NCBI GenBank assembly: GCA_007376405.1
Contig: VMGD01000003.1
Span: 336 to 64,335, forward strand
Length of the DNA stretch: 64,000 nt
Direction of reading: 5' to 3'
Source: Microgenomates group bacterium Gr01-1014_7
Lineage (GTDB): Bacteria > Patescibacteriota > Microgenomatia > Daviesbacterales > UBA10151
Positions 58,623 to 64,000 of this stretch are shown here, in pieces. The notes below the pieces were generated by a model that did not search any database, was not told the DNA's origin, and worked only from the letters and a program-made list of their open reading frames with translations. Numbering within the stretch: the stretch's first letter is position 1; each line of letters starts with the position of its first letter. A program made the translations under genes and the position numbers.

Positions 58623-59390
58623 ATGTCGATTTTGGGATACATATTAGTATTTACTTTAATAGGAAGTGTTATTTCCTTAATTGGAGGAATTTTACTACTT
58701 TTAAAGGAAAAATTTGCTTTAAAAATTTCCCATTATCTCTCCGCTTTTGCAGCAGGAGCTTTACTTGCCACAGCTTTTTTTGATCTTTTACCGGAAGCAG
58801 CAGAGCATATGGAAGAACTAGGAATAAGCATAAACCTTCCTTTTTGGACACTTCTTGGTATTTTAGGTTTTTTTCTGATTGAGAGATTTATTCATCACCA
58901 TCATGGTCATGGTCAAAGCAGAGAAGAAAAAAAATCAATAATACCTCTGGTAATAATAGGGGATACAATGCATAATTTTACTGATGGCGTTGCTATTGCT
59001 GCGACCTTTTTAATAAGTATCCCCTTGGGTATTGTAACCTCCCTTGCTGTGGCAGCTCATGAAATTCCCCAGGAGATTGGGGATTTTGGATTGATGCTTA
59101 ACAGGGGAGTGGAAAGAAAGAAAGTGCTTTTAATAAACTTTTATAGTGCTTTAGCTGCTATGGTAGGAGCTTTATTAACTTATATTTATAAAGACAAACT
59201 CGAAGGTCTCTTACCTGTTATTTTATCTGTCACTGCCGGATTTTTTATCTACATTGCTTTGGCAAATTTAATCCCGGAAATACATAATCGGGATAATCAA
59301 AAAGTAGCTTTCTGGGAAACAGTGATGCTATTTGTTGGTGTGATAGTAATATACTTTGCTATTTCTTCCTTGGAAGGCTTGACAAGGTAG
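58623..59390 (+). CDS. ZIP-family metal transporter
   Basis: DLLPEA, His-rich loop, HNFTDG, HEIPQE. Confidence 0.92.
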   Translation: MSILGYILVFTLIGSVISLIGGILLLLKEKFALKISHYLSAFAAGALLATAFFDLLPEAAEHMEELGISINLPFWTLLGILGFFLIERFIHHHHGHGQSREEKKSIIPLVIIGDTMHNFTDGVAIAATFLISIPLGIVTSLAVAAHEIPQEIGDFGLMLNRGVERKKVLLINFYSALAAMVGALLTYIYKDKLEGLLPVILSVTAGFFIYIALANLIPEIHNRDNQKVAFWETVMLFVGVIVIYFAISSLEGLTR

Positions 59391-59427
59391 TTATTTTCGA
59401 TTATATTAGAAATGAAGCAATATTTTT

Positions 59428-60018
59428 ATGAAAAAAATCGAAATCATATGGCGGGAACTGCTTTTTCAGGCAACTGAAAAAGGGAATCGTCAATTTACAC
59501 AAAAAGATTTGGCACAAATTTTCGGATTTTCGACAAGTACCATTTTTCAAACCCTCAAAGTGCCCAGGCAGATGGGAGCAGTGAGGGTAACTGGCAGGAA
59601 TTTTGTGGTAGAGGATCCGGAGAAGCTCTTATATCATTGGGCAAGTGTGCGAAACCTGCAAAAAGACATTCTATTTACCACTCATGTGGATATACCGATT
59701 TTTGAGATTGAAGGCATGATGCCCCCTAATGTTACTTACGGCGGCTTTAGCGCTGCACGCAAGATTATGGGGCAGGCTGCGGCAGATTATGATACGGTAT
59801 ATGTATATGCGGAAAGTATTAGTGATTTAAAGATGAGGTTTACTTTTAAAAAGGGCAGAACCAACCTTGTTATTTTAAAAGCTGATCCCTATATAAGCCG
59901 CTATGGTCAGATTACCACTTTGACTCAAACCTTTGTTGATCTTTGGAGTCTTCCTTCCTGGCAGGCTAAAGATTTTGTGAATGAATTAAAGGAGAAAATA
60001 AATGGATTTTTATCATGA
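59428..60018 (+). CDS. HTH-containing antitoxin-like protein (AbiEi-like)
   Basis: FTQKDLA..GFSTST HTH, QTFVDLW; coupled to a nucleotidyltransferase. Confidence 0.55.
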   Translation: MKKIEIIWRELLFQATEKGNRQFTQKDLAQIFGFSTSTIFQTLKVPRQMGAVRVTGRNFVVEDPEKLLYHWASVRNLQKDILFTTHVDIPIFEIEGMMPPNVTYGGFSAARKIMGQAAADYDTVYVYAESISDLKMRFTFKKGRTNLVILKADPYISRYGQITTLTQTFVDLWSLPSWQAKDFVNELKEKINGFLS

Positions 60019-60610
60019 CCTGATTACTCAAGAAAGCTGGCAGGTTCTTCAAAGTCTTCGCAGCAAATTTAATTTTATCCTGATTGGTGGCTGGGCTGTT
60101 TTTTTATATACCCATGCTTTAAAGTCAAAAGATATTGATTTGGTGCTAGATTATAAAGATTTGGAAAAGGTAAAGAAAGAGTTTACTCTTACCAAAAATG
60201 ATCGTCTTAAAAAATATGAGGCGAGAAATGAAGAAATACAGATTGATATTTATGTGCCTTTTTATTCTAATCCGGGACTCCCGGCAGAGGATTTAAAACA
60301 GTTTGTGGCCAATATTGAAGGATTTTCTTCTATAGAGAAAGAGGTTTTGGCATTATTAAAACAGAAAGCTTTGATTGAAAGAGCCCACAGTTCCAAAGGC
60401 AGAAAGGATTTAATAGATTTAGTGTCCCTTTTCATGCTGGATGATTTTGACTTTGCAAAATATAGAAAGATTGCCTCTGGTTATAAACTGGCAGAATACA
60501 TGAAAAAAACACACGACCTTTTAAAGACCACGAGCAGCTTAATGGAGCTTGATTTAAACGAGCACAAAATGGCCCGGTTGAAAAAATCTATTCTGCCAAA
60601 GTTGCTATGA
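60002..60610 (+). CDS. Nucleotidyltransferase-fold protein (type IV TA toxin-like)
   Basis: LIGGWAV, SKDIDL, KGRKDLID. Confidence 0.65.
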   Translation: MDFYHDLITQESWQVLQSLRSKFNFILIGGWAVFLYTHALKSKDIDLVLDYKDLEKVKKEFTLTKNDRLKKYEARNEEIQIDIYVPFYSNPGLPAEDLKQFVANIEGFSSIEKEVLALLKQKALIERAHSSKGRKDLIDLVSLFMLDDFDFAKYRKIASGYKLAEYMKKTHDLLKTTSSLMELDLNEHKMARLKKSILPKLL

Positions 60611-61146
60611 AAACCCAGGTAATTTTAGCTTGCGATGATAAAGGAAAGTTTTTAGAATACATCCCCAAAGAAGCGGGGCATACAGGGGATGGGAGAAAGC
60701 ATCTGGGGATTTCAGTGCTGGTATATAATCACAAAGGTCAAGTACTACTGCAAAGAAGAAAACATAAAGTATTTGATAATATTTGGGATTTAACAGGAGC
60801 TACTCATCCTCTGCATAAAAAAGACGGTACTGATGAAAGTTTGGAAGAAGCAACGCTGCGATGTCTTAAGAGAGAGTATGATATAGAAAATATCAAGCTT
60901 AAGAATCTGGGAGCCTTTAATTATTTTGCAAAAATAGATAATATTTGTGAGAATGAACATTGTTTTATGATGATTGGAGAATATAACGGTCCTGTTTCTC
61001 TGGATACGGAAGTTGGATATGAATATAAATGGGTATATAAAGAAGAGTTTTTAATTGATATCAAGAAAAATCCCAATAAATATTCAGCATGGGCAAAAGA
61101 AGGGGTATATATCTTGACAGCATCTGGATTTTTTGATAAAGTTTAA
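60607..61146 (+). CDS. idi: Isopentenyl-diphosphate isomerase type 1 (NUDIX)
   Basis: H..G.KH.G.SV, LLQRR, WD..THP, CENEH; next to mevalonate genes. Confidence 0.75.
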   Translation: MKTQVILACDDKGKFLEYIPKEAGHTGDGRKHLGISVLVYNHKGQVLLQRRKHKVFDNIWDLTGATHPLHKKDGTDESLEEATLRCLKREYDIENIKLKNLGAFNYFAKIDNICENEHCFMMIGEYNGPVSLDTEVGYEYKWVYKEEFLIDIKKNPNKYSAWAKEGVYILTASGFFDKV

Positions 61147-61313
61147 CCCTCTCATGAGACTGTCCGTCGAGTCACCATCATTCATTATCCGTGGTCCATA
61201 TATCCCGGAGATTGGGGTAGAAATTGATCCTGCGCCCATAACTTATTCAAGAAGAAGAGGAAGAAGATCATTTAGGAGTACTTTGGCTTACAGGCTGGGT
61301 AAGCTGAAAAGAG

Positions 61314-62321
61314 CTAAGAAAGATGATTCTGGCTCAATCTCGTTCCTTCTCCAGGATTATTAACAATAATTTCTTTTACCTCTTTTATGCTCTTTATTTT
61401 ATTCACAACTTTTTTTACATTTTTTTGTTCACAGATTAAATGAATATCCTGGCCGGTATTGATGGTAAAGTATACCGGTATGCCTTCTGCCCTCCAATGA
61501 GATACCAGTTTCATAATCTTTAAGGTTCCGGGGGTCCAATATATGAGCGGAGGATATTGGGTAAGCATGATGGCGTGAAGCTCCAAGGCTTCTGCCTCAG
61601 CCAGCTCTCCTAAAGACTTAAAATTTTTCTCTTTAATAAGTTGTTTGACTAGCTTATCTTTCTCTTTCATATGGGAAAGACGAATGGACATGAATGGGGA
61701 AGATTTTGCTGCTTTGTGTCCTACTGATGTAGGAACTTCTTTTTTACCTTCCGATACTATTGCCACCACATCACAAATTGCCCAATGATCCGGAGGAAAA
61801 ATAGAAACTGCATAGGAGGTTTCTGATGTATCTCCATCCAGCCACTCCACAAACCCTCCCGGAATTGATCTGCAGGCAGAACCTGATCCTTGTCTGGTCA
61901 GTATAGATAGTTCTTTTTCAGATAAATCCAAACCGGCGGCTTTGGATGTAGCTAAAGTTAAGGCAGCAAAACCTGAAGCAGAAGATGAAAGCCCTGTTCC
62001 GATAGGAAAATTGTTTTTAGAAACTACTTTGGCTTTAAGGCTAATTTTAGCCATTTTTCTAACTCTATCCAGGTGTTTAATGACTCTTTGTGCTTCACCT
62101 TCTTCAACACCTCCGCCATTAATAATTACTTCATCTCTTGTATATTTAGGGGAAAATTCTACAGTAGTAGTAGTTAATAAATTTGAAAGACACATGGAAA
62201 TACTTCCATTTTCAGGAAGCCTTAAAATTTCATCCTTTTTACCCCAGCATTTGGTAAATGCAATATTAGATGGTGCCACAGCAGTTGCCTTTCGGCTGCG
62301 CTCAAGGTCAATGACTTTCAT
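61314..62321 (-). CDS. mvaD: Diphosphomevalonate decarboxylase
   Basis: NIAF.K.WGK, GLSSSASG, GSGSACRS. Confidence 0.9.
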   Translation of the reverse strand: MKVIDLERSRKATAVAPSNIAFTKCWGKKDEILRLPENGSISMCLSNLLTTTTVEFSPKYTRDEVIINGGGVEEGEAQRVIKHLDRVRKMAKISLKAKVVSKNNFPIGTGLSSSASGFAALTLATSKAAGLDLSEKELSILTRQGSGSACRSIPGGFVEWLDGDTSETSYAVSIFPPDHWAICDVVAIVSEGKKEVPTSVGHKAAKSSPFMSIRLSHMKEKDKLVKQLIKEKNFKSLGELAEAEALELHAIMLTQYPPLIYWTPGTLKIMKLVSHWRAEGIPVYFTINTGQDIHLICEQKNVKKVVNKIKSIKEVKEIIVNNPGEGTRLSQNHLS

Positions 62322-63361
62322 TCAATTCTTACTCCTTCCGCATTGGTTTTGATATTAATTACTTGTCCACCGGCTTCGGTTATGGCTTTTTTTATAGCCT
62401 GTTTACCCTGAACGGAGTGAAGGGCAATCATGCAATCTCCAACTCCTGCTCCGGAAAGCTTTGCTCCATAAGCCCCGCCGTCCCTGGCAGCATAGATCAT
62501 CCTGCTAAGTTTTTTGCCTTCAACTCCCAATGTAGCCAGATATCCTTCATTAAAATTCATCAGTTCTCCTAAACTTTCCCAATCTTCCTTTAGTATAGCT
62601 TTTTTTGCTTGTTCTACTAATTGGCCAATTTGGTCATAAACATTACCTATAACCCATGGGTATTTTTTTGCTTTTTGAGCCACCTCGTCAATAATTCTAA
62701 CCGTATCAAACTTAATCCCACTATATCCTACTATTAATGGCAAAGTGTTAATTTTCAATGGCTGGATAACTTTACCGGGACTTACAAAGTATAAAGTTCC
62801 TCCATATATAGCTGCGGCAACATCAAATCCGGATCCTTTTCCCTGAATATCCAAAACAGTTTTGTAAGCCAGATTAAATATCTGTTTATTATCTAAATTA
62901 GCACCAGTTAACTGCGACAAAGCTTTAATTACACAAACAGTTGAGGCAGAAGAGGAGCCAAAACCAAACTCCGATGAAAATTCAGACTTTGTGACAATCT
63001 TGATTCCAAGATTGTCATTCTGAGGCGAAGCCGAAGAATCTCTCAATTTATTTGAGGGTCGCATTCGCGACAGATCCTTCGCTAATCGCTCAGGATGACG
63101 GTTCAGAAAGTTCTTCACCGTCATCTCCACAAACTTGGCTCCTTTGGGAATTTCTCCTTTACCCAAATGAGTTATTGGTTTTTGGTAATTGGTTATTTGT
63201 ACGTCAGGAGCATCAAGCTGGAAAATTTTATCATCAGTTAATTCTACAGTAGCTGTCATTCTCTGATTTACAGCCGTAACCAGGCATGGTTTGCCATAAA
63301 CCACAGCATGTTCACCCAAAAGCATTAATTTCCCCGGAGCAGAAACTGTAATCTTTTTCAT
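62318..63361 (-). CDS. GHMP kinase, probably phosphomevalonate kinase
   Basis: APGKLML.GEH, GFGSSSA, GSGFDVAA..YGG, KLSGAGVGDC. Confidence 0.8.
   Translation of the reverse strand: MKKITVSAPGKLMLLGEHAVVYGKPCLVTAVNQRMTATVELTDDKIFQLDAPDVQITNYQKPITHLGKGEIPKGAKFVEMTVKNFLNRHPERLAKDLSRMRPSNKLRDSSASPQNDNLGIKIVTKSEFSSEFGFGSSSASTVCVIKALSQLTGANLDNKQIFNLAYKTVLDIQGKGSGFDVAAAIYGGTLYFVSPGKVIQPLKINTLPLIVGYSGIKFDTVRIIDEVAQKAKKYPWVIGNVYDQIGQLVEQAKKAILKEDWESLGELMNFNEGYLATLGVEGKKLSRMIYAARDGGAYGAKLSGAGVGDCMIALHSVQGKQAIKKAITEAGGQVINIKTNAEGVRIE
63014..63099. repeat. REP doublet-like in-frame insertion in the GHMP kinase
   Basis: GTCATTCTGAG..CGAAGAATCT ... AGATCCTTCG..CTCAGGATGAC; same family as 54669. Confidence 0.85.
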
Positions 63362-63606
63362 TTATATGCTCCTTGCCTGTGGAGTATAGAGGTAATGTAT
63401 ATATTCTGATCTTGCAAATTAATATAATAGAGGATTCGATAGGGCCATGCTCTTAAAACTCTTAGCTCTGATAGTTCTCCTTCAAGCTTTTTCCCCGAAT
63501 ATGGTTCTTGTTTTACCATCAATAGCTTTTTCTTAATCTTCATGTATGCTGCCGAAGAAAGGTGTTTCAACTGCTTCTGCGCTTTAGGAGTGATTATAAC
63601 TTCCAT
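63358..63606 (-). CDS. RelE/ParE-family toxin
   Basis: KKLEG, LR..PYRILY, I.HR..AY. Confidence 0.85.
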   Translation of the reverse strand: MEVIITPKAQKQLKHLSSAAYMKIKKKLLMVKQEPYSGKKLEGELSELRVLRAWPYRILYYINLQDQNIYITSILHRQGAYK

Positions 63607-63609
63607 TAT

Positions 63610-63864
63610 TTATTTAAGTTTAGACAGGGGAATTCCTTTGCCTGCTTTGGCCTGTTTTAAACCTGTGTTTATGCTTTCTCTTGCACCAGGAATGGACAGG
63701 ATTTCCGCAGTTTCCAGTATAGATTCCAGTTCATCCTGGCTAATTAAAGTTGCAGCAGGCTGTCCATGGACCGTAATAGTTACTCTTTCCATAGTTTTAC
63801 TAACCTTATCAACCAGGCTGGGAAAATTATTTCTGGCATCTGAAATAGAAACAAAAGTACTCAT
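63610..63864 (-). CDS. Phd/YefM-family antitoxin
   Basis: ISDARNNFPSLVD, ITVHG.PAA.L; start moved to ATG 63864. Confidence 0.88.
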   Translation of the reverse strand: MSTFVSISDARNNFPSLVDKVSKTMERVTITVHGQPAATLISQDELESILETAEILSIPGARESINTGLKQAKAGKGIPLSKLK

Positions 63865-63896
63865 GGTGTAAAATGTACAATAGTTTGTACATTTTG

Positions 63897-63998
63897 TCAA
63901 GATTCAAGCCTTAAGCCTTCAGCTCCCAGTTCTACATTAAAAAACTGCAGGCTATTTTTGTTAGCAATTTCTTCAATAAATTTTCTGTTGCGGTGGTA
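63897..63998 (-). CDS. C-terminal end of an upstream GHMP kinase (probably mevalonate kinase), partial
   Basis: ...FFNVELGAEGLRLES*, matching the AEGVRIE tail of the neighbouring kinase. Confidence 0.6.
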   Translation of the reverse strand, partial: YHRNRKFIEEIANKNSLQFFNVELGAEGLRLES

Positions 63999-64000
63999 GC

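Noticed and set aside
61133-61363. 76-aa ORF between idi and mvaD
   Set aside because: Overlaps both neighbours, has no motif and a doubtful start; may be a remnant but cannot be supported
2200-63871. Numerous 60-230 aa ORFs antisense to or out of frame within long genes (e.g. 6440-6889, 50637-51320, 54805-55164, 61942-62352)
   Set aside because: Shadow ORFs fully overlapping well-supported genes, with no recognisable motifs
63900-63934. Apparent heptamer run agattca agcctta agccttc
   Set aside because: Explained by the conserved GAEGLRLE tail of a kinase on the minus strand

Overview
Chromosomal segment of a low-GC, gene-dense bacterium using genetic code 11. Gene content and style point to a Patescibacteria/CPR organism, probably Microgenomates; this is inference. 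The left 4.2 kb is the right end of an integrated element (TOPRIM primase-ATPase, small ORF, large serine recombinase) abutting an initiator-type tRNA-Met(CAU) that carries a 189-nt group I intron. That tRNA and a second tRNA-Met each sit beside an HTH+LAGLIDADG-like ORF. The rest is housekeeping: a three-part ATP-citrate lyase, trpR-trpE-trpG, trpS, ftsH, polA, glpX/fba, mutM, recF, pyrC-pyrB-carA-carB, ATP-dependent ligase, an intein-containing EndoQ-family nuclease, pth, a permuted DsbA and mevalonate genes. Many small promoter-led cassettes are interleaved (BrnT/BrnA-type, RelE/Phd, DUF5678-like+aspartyl protease, orphans). Most notable signals: (1) a prfB-like AGGGG-UUA-GUU-UGG-C site that could make TrpE synthesis depend on a Trp-sensitive +1 frameshift; (2) a dozen REP-like palindromes and about a dozen degenerate 7-nt tandem tracts inside conserved genes, plus 9-nt arrays tied to a four-helix-bundle gene; (3) cassettes whose left edge is a TTGAC -35 box that supplies the upstream stop codon or truncates/duplicates the host gene end; (4) a pyrL-like attenuator before pyrB. 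All calls come from reading motifs by eye; no searches were run.
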